Source: Candidatus Thorarchaeota archaeon (GTDB lineage: Archaea > Asgardarchaeota > Thorarchaeia > Thorarchaeales > Thorarchaeaceae). Taken from it: a DNA stretch of 63,518 nucleotides. Both the position numbers and the translations under genes were made by a program. The stretch's first letter is position 1. Each line of letters starts with the position of its first letter. This document shows, piece by piece, positions 28,579-37,075 of the stretch. The stretch lies in contig DXJO01000013.1 of assembly GCA_019057475.1 (NCBI GenBank), positions 1-63,518 of the forward strand, read 5' to 3'. The notes beneath the pieces are model-generated. The model did not search any database. It was not told the origin of the DNA and saw only the letters and a program-made list of their open reading frames with translations.

Positions 28579-28929
28579 CTAGTTTGCTGTATCGTCCTTA
28601 ACGAGTTCCGTAATGGGGGGGATTGAATCGTCATCAGGAATCTCTTCGTAATGGCCAGAGCGTCCAAGAGACAGTTGCACCTTGCCCCGCCATTCCTTAG
28701 CCCAACCGTCTGTTATTTTAATCACTTTTCCAGCGGACAAGCCAGAGCCCTCACCAAAACCCCACAGTGATAGGATTACAGTTGCTCCAGGTTCATCCGC
28801 AACGAGAACCTCTGTCAATTGGGTCTTGCGGCCACCGCGGGTTGTTATGATTCGTGGCGGAGCCACCGAAAGCACCCGAACAGTAAGCTCAGTAACATTC
28901 TTGCCGGCCTCTACTTCAACTAGTTTCAA
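28579..28929 (-). CDS. Single OB-fold ssDNA-binding protein (SSB/RPA-like)
   Basis: VRVL..., VADEPG...LSLWG, GKVIKITDGWAKEWRGKVQLSLGR; TTG start 28929. Confidence 0.88.
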   Translation of the reverse strand: MKLVEVEAGKNVTELTVRVLSVAPPRIITTRGGRKTQLTEVLVADEPGATVILSLWGFGEGSGLSAGKVIKITDGWAKEWRGKVQLSLGRSGHYEEIPDDDSIPPITELVKDDTAN

Positions 28930-28995
28930 AGAGAATCCCTTTATCTCGTTGGAACTTAACCAATAAATCAGTCTTCCGAAGTGTACATGATTCAA

Positions 28996-30795
28996 TCATT
29001 CAGAATCTTCAGTGTCCTTGTCATCCATGCTCGCGAGGATCTCGTCCATCTCATGGATGGCATCACCATCTGGGAACTCAGCATCCTCGCCAGCCTTTCG
29101 CTTGTCAACAGTTCTAGATATCGTCTTCTCAGTTTCGCTGTAGGCGGCCCATAGCTCCTTTATCGCGTCGTTACCAAAATCCTCAGCCCCTTCAGCCTTT
29201 GAGATATCATCTGCATATCCCGCGTCGTCATCAAGATAGCCAAGTATCTGATCAAGCTCTTCCACAATGGACAGCTCGACACTCTCAGGAGCATCATTCT
29301 CACCTTCGACGGGGATAACTTCGTCGGATGATAGTGCCTCAAGAGCTCCATCCACATCCTCGATGGTTGCCTTGTCCAGCTCAGCGGTGATTATGTCATC
29401 TGCATCAAGTACATCGGAGAGAAAATCTTTGGCAATTTTCAGGGTGGTTGTTTCTTGCTCATCAACCGTTGGGGTGGCTTCGATCTCTACCTCGCTGCGC
29501 TCCAGTTCCTCAAGCTCCTCGGAAAGAATCTCAACATTGATAGAACTGTCCTCAATTTTACCTGCTGGCTCAGCTGTAACCACATCAATCTCAAAGGCGA
29601 CTGGCATCTCGGATGGCTCAGACTCCGCTTCAGCGGCGACTACATCTTCAGGCTCTGCTACGACGGGGACTTCTTCCAGATCCTCAGATGCACTCACCGA
29701 CACCGTGACAATCTCGAACGTATCGGCGGTTGCATCAGCTTCAGCAGGCATATCCACAGGCTCCACGACATCTTCAATGATCTCATAGTCGTCAATGTCC
29801 TCTATGATGTTACCCTCTTCATCAACGAAGACCTCTTCTACGATCTCCTCATACTCCTCTTCTTCCTCGAATGTTTCAATTGCCTCTGTCTCTGCGGCTT
29901 CAGTGAATTGTAGAAGTTCGGATGCGGGCATGTCAGGGAGAACTACGCCGATATATTGAGCTGCTGCTGTCATCAGAATGCTAAGCATCTCATCCCGTCG
30001 ATTCTTGTCGATAGCCACCATGGGATACGTTGGGACTCCGAGGATTTTCCCCACAACCCCAGGTTTCATTGCATTCGGCAGATCCTGTTTGTTGGCCAGA
30101 GCGAACACGGGAACTTTGGGGGCATCTCGCCTTATCAGCTTGAGAATATCTCTGCTTATGATGACGTTGCGCAGACTTGAGTCGCAGACTAGAAAGATTA
30201 CGTCTGCCCCATGGAAGTAGAAGCGCCAGAGAGTCCGAAATCGCTCCTGCCCCGCAAAGTCCCACAAAACGAGCGAATAGTTCCCAAATCTAATGTTCTC
30301 AACAGTTTCCAGATTGAGCGCGATGGTTGGCACATACTGCAATGGGGGAGTTTCCCCGAGGAGAAGGTTCAGTGTTGTGGTCTTGCCAGTACCTCCTTCC
30401 CCGACTAACGCAATCTTCAGCCGGGTAATGACACAGGGCTCTATTAGTTTCTCGTAGGAATCAATGACTGCTTGGAGATCATCCTTCTTGAGCTTCCTTC
30501 TGAGAGCCTTCGCCGCAGTTTCGAGCTTGTTAGCTATGCCGCGTTCATCTTCTCTCTTGTCTGTCACGAAAACCAAGAGCGCGTCTTCGAGCCAATCAAC
30601 CGCCATGAATTTCATGTCATCGACTATCAGGGGCATCTCTGCGATATCGGCACCATGCGTTGTCTTGAGCTCCTCCCTCGTGGATAGGTACTCCAGCAGT
30701 TTTTCTTCAGGCAGTTCCACTGGCCAGTACTGCGTCGATGCAAGTACCTCTTTTGTCGAAATTCGGACCAGCAGAGTGTTGTGAATCATTGTCAA
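28996..30795 (-). CDS. Longin/roadblock-like domain + Arf/Rab-type small GTPase + long acidic tail
   Basis: GEGGTGKTT, YVPTI, WDFAGQERFRTLWRFYF, NKQDLPNAM; ~120-aa alpha/beta N-domain; ~300 aa rich in D/E. Confidence 0.85.
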   Translation of the reverse strand: MTMIHNTLLVRISTKEVLASTQYWPVELPEEKLLEYLSTREELKTTHGADIAEMPLIVDDMKFMAVDWLEDALLVFVTDKREDERGIANKLETAAKALRRKLKKDDLQAVIDSYEKLIEPCVITRLKIALVGEGGTGKTTTLNLLLGETPPLQYVPTIALNLETVENIRFGNYSLVLWDFAGQERFRTLWRFYFHGADVIFLVCDSSLRNVIISRDILKLIRRDAPKVPVFALANKQDLPNAMKPGVVGKILGVPTYPMVAIDKNRRDEMLSILMTAAAQYIGVVLPDMPASELLQFTEAAETEAIETFEEEEEYEEIVEEVFVDEEGNIIEDIDDYEIIEDVVEPVDMPAEADATADTFEIVTVSVSASEDLEEVPVVAEPEDVVAAEAESEPSEMPVAFEIDVVTAEPAGKIEDSSINVEILSEELEELERSEVEIEATPTVDEQETTTLKIAKDFLSDVLDADDIITAELDKATIEDVDGALEALSSDEVIPVEGENDAPESVELSIVEELDQILGYLDDDAGYADDISKAEGAEDFGNDAIKELWAAYSETEKTISRTVDKRKAGEDAEFPDGDAIHEMDEILASMDDKDTEDSE

Positions 30796-30999
30796 TCTTC
30801 ACCAGCTTAGGCGAGCAGAGGAGGTGAGTCCATTTTCCATTCAGGTCAGCCCACATGGCAATTAAACCTTTCACGGTTGAACCCAGAACCTCTTTGGCTG
30901 TATTATCGCGCTTCGTTGGATAATACCCAGGACTCTGTATATCCCTTGTCTGGTGCATTAGTTACAACTAATTATAAGATATCTAGGTCATATATTCGC

Positions 31000-31500
31000 T
31001 CAGCTTGTCAATGTGAAGACATGTATCTCAGGAGAATAAGAGAATCAAAAGGCGGAATTTGGAAGCAGAGGACTGCCGGGCCAAAGCCGCTTTAGAGGCA
31101 GGACCCCCTGCATCCGTGGAGCCGTTCTACCTAGGACACGGAAAATGCGCAAGTATTGGCCCTTCGCAAGGGACCAATCAAATGGGGACCATTTGCTAGA
31201 ACTCATTTGGGACCATGCATTGCGAATGCGAGTTCAATGACGGGGGGAACCGTGTACCCAGATTTCGGGCGAATTACCATCACAGTAAAGCAACATATGA
31301 GTCTTTCTGGTTTTCAAGATATGGAGCAGCGATTCCTGAATCGCTATTGCCTGAAGAAGGTGAATAGAGCCGTTCTGTCGGAGAATTTCACTGTCAGATG
31401 GATTAGAAGCTGGGCTAATCGTGGGTGCGCTATCGCGATGCCACTACGAGCTGGAATCAGTCCATAGTATCAGTGGGATGGCTACTGAAGCATTGCGATT
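31000..31500 (+). ncRNA. Candidate large (~450-500 nt) structured RNA of unknown class
   Basis: No credible ORF; TTATAAG at 30972; more than ten consecutive hairpins; six GGAC motifs and two GAGCCGTTCT modules. Ends and strand approximate. Confidence 0.5.
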
Positions 31501-31513
31501 TGGACATGAGAAC

Positions 31514-32653
31514 CTACCTTGGGAAGTTGTCCCTCAAAAGCCGTAGGTGTTGATGGACCATCTCACGTTGCGCGTCATCGTCAGGGTTCTGCTCAAGATT
31601 CACAATCAGGGTCTGTAGGAAGTATTCAGGGAAGAATAGTCTGACTCGGATGTCATTCAAAAGGAAAAGCCACTTATCATATTCTCCCGATGGCCCTTTC
31701 CTCCTCTTTTCTGAAACAACTCGATACTTCTTCAATGTCTGAGCGGCTTGTTTCAATTCCTTGGGAGGGATGCCCAAAGTTGCTTCAAGCTCGGAGATAT
31801 TCACAGGATGGCGTCTAAGAAGAGTTAGTGTGTCGTAACAATCGGGATCCGCGAGTATGTTTGAAACCGCGACTGTGTCATCAGGTGTCTTTTGCCACTC
31901 CGTGAGGAACTCAAGCACTTCACTCTTGTATTCAGCCGCTAGCTCCGGATCGAGAACTGAACTCGCCGCATCCATGGCAGTTAGTGGAGGTGCACGAAAG
32001 ATCTCTAAGTCCTTCACCAAGAAGATGCAGGTCCGTCCTATCTCATCAACCCATTCTGTCTTCACAAGACCTAATTCCTCGAAGGGTGCGATGATGGAAT
32101 CCACGCTTACGCTGGGGAGACCTGTGACCATCTTAAGCCACTCTTCGAGATTCTCTTTGGATATGCCGCCCTTCCAAAGCTTCGGGAATACCGCACGAGA
32201 AACCTCATCAGAAAAGAGACGAGCAAGACGAGACTCATCAGTCATTCCTGCAAGTCTGATTATTCTACGGTATGTGCTGTCAAGTTCAACCTGCAGTTCA
32301 GCATCAGTCATTGATATTACTGCGTTAGTGATTGGAGACACGATAGAGGTGATTGCTGCCTCGTAGACCTTGGGGTCCTCACCGGGGGTAAGCAGTAAGG
32401 AGATGCAATACTGTTCTTCCTCCCTCACAAGTCCAGTATAGTATGATGCAACATTGTATTCCTCGCCCCCGATTCGAATGCTCAGGGAGGCGAACCCTGC
32501 TGTGGCATCCCCCATGGCGTGTGATGTGAAGATGCGCATGATCTCCGTATTGAGATCTTCGCGGTAATAATCAGCAAAATCTCCTGGGACTTTCGCCTTG
32601 AGGACAGCCCCTATTTTCGAGTCCCAATCTATAAGCAACATCGCTACTGGCAT
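31514..32653 (-). CDS. uDENN/longin-like domain protein with C-terminal winged-helix domains
   Basis: N-terminal LIDWDSKIGAVLKAKVP pattern typical of uDENN-type longins; HTH-like ISELEATLGIPPKELKQAAQTLKKYRVV. Confidence 0.6.
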   Translation of the reverse strand: MPVAMLLIDWDSKIGAVLKAKVPGDFADYYREDLNTEIMRIFTSHAMGDATAGFASLSIRIGGEEYNVASYYTGLVREEEQYCISLLLTPGEDPKVYEAAITSIVSPITNAVISMTDAELQVELDSTYRRIIRLAGMTDESRLARLFSDEVSRAVFPKLWKGGISKENLEEWLKMVTGLPSVSVDSIIAPFEELGLVKTEWVDEIGRTCIFLVKDLEIFRAPPLTAMDAASSVLDPELAAEYKSEVLEFLTEWQKTPDDTVAVSNILADPDCYDTLTLLRRHPVNISELEATLGIPPKELKQAAQTLKKYRVVSEKRRKGPSGEYDKWLFLLNDIRVRLFFPEYFLQTLIVNLEQNPDDDAQREMVHQHLRLLRDNFPR

Positions 32654-32807
32654 GGTCTTTTTCTCCGGTCCCTAAGCGGCTGGCCATTTTGGAGTGGTCC
32701 GGTATCGTTTCCGAGTGCTTGACTAAAAAAGCTTGTCACTATTCACTTCGCGATTCAGCAGAGAACAAACGAGTAAAAGTCACTTAGTAATATGCTCGTA
32801 ATACATG

Positions 32808-33452
32808 CTATTGTCGATTCTTAACGTATCGAACAATCTCACTGTACACTTCAGATGTTACTTCCTCTAACGTTTTTGCGGCATCTACGACCACGTACAT
32901 TCCATCATCTTCCTGAACCATGGCAAGGTACGCCTCACGAACCTTGATGAGACGATCGACTTGCTCAAATTGCTCATTCTTAGTTCCATTTCGTTGAAGA
33001 GCCCTTTCAAGACCGACTTCAACAGACACGTCCAAGATGAAGATAATGTCGGGTTCTGGTACGCCAATCTCCACGCGGTTCCTGCGGAGAATCTCCTTCC
33101 ACGGAATGCCAGTGCTGACACTCTGGTATGCACCTGAAGCGAAAAAGTATCGATCCATTAGCACAAGTTTGCCAGCCTCAAGCGCGGGATGAATCCGATT
33201 CTTAACATGCCACTGCCTGTCGCGGTGAAAGAGCTCCAGCTCCTCGTCTGGTGTGAGCGCACCCATTGGCGATCGTTCCCGAATCTCAATGCCCCACTTG
33301 CTCTCATTGGTGGGCTCCCGGAGTTGCACAACATCATAGTCTCGGCTGAGGAACTCAACAAGCGATTCAACCACAGCAGTCTTGCCAGCTCCGTCAATCC
33401 CTTCCAGAACGAAAAGGAAGCCGGGATGCTCATCATGTCGTTTGCCATTCAC
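32808..33452 (-). CDS. tmk: Thymidylate kinase
   Basis: EGIDGAGKT, REP, DR..H, MDRYFFASGAYQ, PDIIFILDV; GTG start 33452 after GGGGAG. Confidence 0.94.
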   Translation of the reverse strand: MNGKRHDEHPGFLFVLEGIDGAGKTAVVESLVEFLSRDYDVVQLREPTNESKWGIEIRERSPMGALTPDEELELFHRDRQWHVKNRIHPALEAGKLVLMDRYFFASGAYQSVSTGIPWKEILRRNRVEIGVPEPDIIFILDVSVEVGLERALQRNGTKNEQFEQVDRLIKVREAYLAMVQEDDGMYVVVDAAKTLEEVTSEVYSEIVRYVKNRQ

Positions 33453-33575
33453 AGGTAAGATTCTCCCCTTTAGAAGAGTCACTGAGCAGCCATCATGTGG
33501 TTGTATTAGATGCTTCGGTGTGAAATGGTATGATATCATGTTGAGGGTAATTCTTTTATAGCCGCCCAAGTTCCT

Positions 33576-33597
33576 TAGGATAGGTTAACCTATCCTA
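33576..33597. promoter_or_regulatory. Perfect 22-bp palindrome, probable repressor operator
   Basis: TAGGATAGGTT|AACCTATCCTA, centred about 26-32 nt downstream of TTTTATA (33554-33560), i.e. over the expected transcription start. Confidence 0.75.
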
Positions 33598-33604
33598 GGA
33601 GCTG

Positions 33605-34105
33605 ATAAATTTACTTGCGGCCAAACTGATTTCGACGCTTCTAATTGCAGCGCTAATCAGTCAGCCCGCTGCGGCATTTGCGGGAGAATTCTCCCACGAG
33701 ATTGCTGCGACGGGTCTGTCGCTTCATTTGGATTTCGGGAACGGAACTGTCTTGGATTTCCATGACATTGAGGGCACCAACGTTTTGAATGTGACCGAAT
33801 CGGTCACCGAGGTTGAAGTGATCTGGTATGGCGACCTCGCGTTTGTGACATCAATCGCCGGCACATCCAACAACGAGTCCGCAAGTCTATGGTGGCAGTA
33901 TTGGGTGAACGATGAGTTGGGCCCCGTTGCCGCAAACAAGTACCAAGTTCATGATGGTGATGCTGTTTCTTGGAAGCGCATTCCTCCTGAAATGGAGTCC
34001 ACAGACCAACCCATTGACTACACAATCATTGGAGGAGCTGTTGTTCTCGCAGTCATTGGTTTTGGTTTCCTGGTCTTCCTCTCAACTAGGAAGGCAAAGG
34101 AGTGA
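33605..34105 (+). CDS. DUF4430 (transcobalamin C-terminal-like) membrane-anchored substrate-binding protein
   Basis: DFGNG, FVTSIAG, WWQYWVN...VAANKY..HDGD.VSW; C-terminal TM. A signal-peptide-like frame extends upstream of TTG 33728; start uncertain. Confidence 0.75.
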   Translation: MNLLAAKLISTLLIAALISQPAAAFAGEFSHEIAATGLSLHLDFGNGTVLDFHDIEGTNVLNVTESVTEVEVIWYGDLAFVTSIAGTSNNESASLWWQYWVNDELGPVAANKYQVHDGDAVSWKRIPPEMESTDQPIDYTIIGGAVVLAVIGFGFLVFLSTRKAKE

Positions 34106-34857
34106 AGAATGAAATGCGAATGAGAGGTCTGCTGATTGCGTCCCTTACACTGTTCTTTCTGACTGCCAGCATCGTGGCAAGCTCAGACGACTACTATCAG
34201 CCGCTTGTTCCCAGTCCGCAGGGTAATACCATTGTCAATTGGAGAATGGTAGAAGTCCCTGAGCTAGCTGTGCAATGGGGCTGGACCGGTGAAGGTGCTT
34301 GGCTCGCTGAGAGCGCAAGCATTATGTCCTTCACGATAACAACGTTGGACGAGTATATCACCGGAAACCTGATGATTGGAAACTTCACCATCGAATCCAA
34401 CAACACAGATGCGGCCAGAGAACTAGTCCTCGGAGTCTGGGGGTTGACTCCGTTCTTCCCGGGGCTGGTTGTTGCAATTGGTCAGGATAATCTTAATGAT
34501 CTCAATGTCACCGCATATGCTTCAGCAGAAAGGGTGCAGGGCAACTACTTGAATGGGACCATGGAATCTTCGTATGAACTAGTTGTTGTCGGGGGAACCT
34601 CATACGACTGCATAGTATTTGACTATGAGCAAGACCCGTCGGGTTTCGGGGAGCCACAAAGAACGTATCTTGCTTACGACACGCTGACTGGGGTTCTCGT
34701 CCGAGCTAACACAAGCGTTACAATCGTGAATGAGTACGTACTTGTACTAGAGCTTCAGTCCATCCTCCCACCGGGTCCAAACATACTGTTGATTGTGGGC
34801 GGTTTGAGTGTAGTCGCAATCGTGGTGATTGTGATAGTTATCGTCAAGCGTAGATAG
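34102..34857 (+). CDS. Secreted, C-terminally anchored hypothetical protein
   Basis: Signal peptide, beta-rich body ending YDTLTGVLV, TM + KRR; overlaps the previous stop by 4 nt. Confidence 0.75.
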   Translation: MKNEMRMRGLLIASLTLFFLTASIVASSDDYYQPLVPSPQGNTIVNWRMVEVPELAVQWGWTGEGAWLAESASIMSFTITTLDEYITGNLMIGNFTIESNNTDAARELVLGVWGLTPFFPGLVVAIGQDNLNDLNVTAYASAERVQGNYLNGTMESSYELVVVGGTSYDCIVFDYEQDPSGFGEPQRTYLAYDTLTGVLVRANTSVTIVNEYVLVLELQSILPPGPNILLIVGGLSVVAIVVIVIVIVKRR

Positions 34858-34881
34858 AACGCAATACGTGAGGCCTACTAG

Positions 34882-35481
34882 ATGGAAGCCCTTCGTGCAA
34901 GGCATTCGATGAAACCGAGTCGGAGGGTTTCCATCACTAGCATTATGACTGCATTGGCATTGATAGGCAACTATTGGCTTGTCAGTATTCCGAATGTTGA
35001 GCTGGGCTCGACCATCCTATTTACAACTGCTTTCGTCTTCGGTTTCCCGATGGGAGTCACATGCATACTACTGATGTCCATCATCTACGCTTCATTCAAT
35101 CCATGGGGTAGCTTCATACCTCAGATATGGCTCGCTCAGGTTGTAGGGTGGGTTTTCATGGTCGCAGTGGGAGCGCTGGTGGGGCGCGGACTTTCTAGAG
35201 ATAGCAACAATCTACTCTTCCGACTGGAGCTCGCGGCCATGGGAGCATTCACTACGTTGTTCTTTGACCTAGTCACAACCCTAGGGTATTCGTGGGCATT
35301 TGGGATTCCTTACTTGGTTGCGCTGGCAACGGGACTTCCCTTCATGATCATTCATATTGTGTCCAATGCGTTTTGGTTTGCAGCTGTCACACCTGGGCTC
35401 AATTCCATCCTGAAGACGCATTTTCAGTTCGCTATCTGGGACGAACAAGCTGAACTCATTCAGGAGATTAGCGAAGAATAA
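34882..35481 (+). CDS. ECF transporter S component (possibly cobalamin)
   Basis: IMTALALIG, IPNVEL, FGF.MG, HIVSN; about 6 TM. Confidence 0.8.
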   Translation: MEALRARHSMKPSRRVSITSIMTALALIGNYWLVSIPNVELGSTILFTTAFVFGFPMGVTCILLMSIIYASFNPWGSFIPQIWLAQVVGWVFMVAVGALVGRGLSRDSNNLLFRLELAAMGAFTTLFFDLVTTLGYSWAFGIPYLVALATGLPFMIIHIVSNAFWFAAVTPGLNSILKTHFQFAIWDEQAELIQEISEE

Positions 35482-35511
35482 AAAGCAGGGCATCAGAGGT
35501 GTAGATGGACG

Positions 35512-36159
35512 TTGATTAGGGTGACATGGAAGAGAGCGTTTGTTCATCTTGCTGAACCTGCAGATGGTCGTGTGCCGCCTGTGTTCAAGCCCTATCATGC
35601 GGCCGTTGCACTCATGATGATTGGCAGAGAGCAGCCACTAGGACGTTACGAGCTTTGTGAGAACCTGTCAATTGGCGAAGGCAGTGCTAGGACACTTCTG
35701 AAGCGCCTAACAGAGTCAAACTACATTGCTGCGGATGGCAAGCAGGGACAAAGACTGACCGCAGCAGGAAACAACCTCTTCAAGGCGTTCTCAAGCGATG
35801 TGCCTATCGGACTCTTTCTAGACATAGCACCATTGATTGTTCACAGTCAAGCTTTCGCAAACTTGGTGAAGGGGAAAGCAGCTAAAATCACCGACGGGAT
35901 TAGACAGCGGGACGAAGCAATCATTCAGGGAGGATATGGCAAGGCGGGTGCAACAACCCTGATTCAGAGAAGTGGTCTACTTGTAATGCCGCCAGACGAC
36001 TTCAATGTGCTCTCGGCTTACGAGAGAGAAACAATTCTCATATTGGAAAGCCTCCGACCAGAGGAAGATGATGTGATTGTTGTTGGGTCAGCAGAGGACG
36101 GTAATTTAGCCAGAGAGGTTTCAATGGCGGCTGTGATGACTCTCTTTGATGAGGAGTAA
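35512..36159 (+). CDS. Winged-helix protein with DUF4443 (GAD-like) C-terminal domain, putative regulator
   Basis: PLGRYELCENLSIGEGSARTLLKRL...G.RLT.AG; GIRQRDEAI..G..GATTL. Confidence 0.75.
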   Translation: MIRVTWKRAFVHLAEPADGRVPPVFKPYHAAVALMMIGREQPLGRYELCENLSIGEGSARTLLKRLTESNYIAADGKQGQRLTAAGNNLFKAFSSDVPIGLFLDIAPLIVHSQAFANLVKGKAAKITDGIRQRDEAIIQGGYGKAGATTLIQRSGLLVMPPDDFNVLSAYERETILILESLRPEEDDVIVVGSAEDGNLAREVSMAAVMTLFDEE

Positions 36160-36161
36160 GA

Positions 36162-36977
36162 ATGCAGTCAGATCTATTCGGTAATGTTCCAGAGATTGTC
36201 ATTGACATCCACGAAACCGGTGGCAAACGAATGAATGCAGTCAAGCATTTGATGTCCATGCTTGACAAGGAGCAGATTACCTACACAGTTGAGAAGATAC
36301 CAATCGGAGATATTCTTGGAACAGATGGAATAGCAATAGAGCGTAAGACCGTGAGTGATCTAGTGAATACACTGAAGGGCAGCAGTTCTGGCGTCCCTCG
36401 TTTGACCAAGCAGATGGATGCCTTGCTTGAATACGAGAAACCCTACCTCTTGATAGAGAACATTCTGTCGATCAGACGAGACCCCATGAAGAAGTGCGTC
36501 TATGTCCCGTTCTCTAGTAAGAAGACGAAGAATAAGGGTTACTTCGTTACGCTAGAGCGGGCTAGCTACATTCATCCGAGTTCTCTTGATGCTTTGATCG
36601 AGAGTGTTCAAGAGAGGGGTATCACGGTAATCAAAGGCTTCAATGCACTCCACTCCGCGGGACTTCTCTTTGGTATTCTTGGTGGCGGGGAGAAGAAAAA
36701 GAAGGGCAAAGGCCAAAGGCTACCAGTGATTCGGACACGGAAGGGCTTAGAGAGCATGGCGGATGAGCAGGAGTTCTTCATCGCAGGATTCCCAAGTGTC
36801 AATGTTGTAAGGGCAAGAAGCCTTTTGCATCGTTTTGGCTCACCCATTGAAGTCGTAACTCGCACAGATGAATGGGCAGAAGTGCCAGGCATAGGACCAA
36901 AGACAGTAGCTTCGGCCAAGAAGCTGCTCTATTCAGATTACTTGAGCACCGCTTCCAGGGAGAAAGAGGAAAAATAG
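36162..36977 (+). CDS. XPF/ERCC4 structure-specific nuclease, helicase-less form with (HhH)2
   Basis: IDIHE, GD, ERKTVSDL, LLIE, VPGIGPKT. Confidence 0.88.
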   Translation: MQSDLFGNVPEIVIDIHETGGKRMNAVKHLMSMLDKEQITYTVEKIPIGDILGTDGIAIERKTVSDLVNTLKGSSSGVPRLTKQMDALLEYEKPYLLIENILSIRRDPMKKCVYVPFSSKKTKNKGYFVTLERASYIHPSSLDALIESVQERGITVIKGFNALHSAGLLFGILGGGEKKKKGKGQRLPVIRTRKGLESMADEQEFFIAGFPSVNVVRARSLLHRFGSPIEVVTRTDEWAEVPGIGPKTVASAKKLLYSDYLSTASREKEEK

Positions 36978-37075
36978 TGAGCTAAGTCCGAATTTGGCTT
37001 TGCCACAACTCGATAGAGTTAAAAAGCGATTACTATTCTATGGCCAAAGAATACCTTGTGCAAGGTGATGATTTC

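Noticed and set aside
31360-31385. Minus-strand GACAGAACGGCTCTAT resembling RNase P RNA conserved region V
   Set aside because: No GAGGAA(A/G)NTCC region I upstream on that strand, and only ~130 nt of non-coding sequence is available before it
31000-31500. SRP (7S) RNA as the identity of the structured region
   Set aside because: No helix-8 CCAGG...GNRA...AGCA motif on either strand
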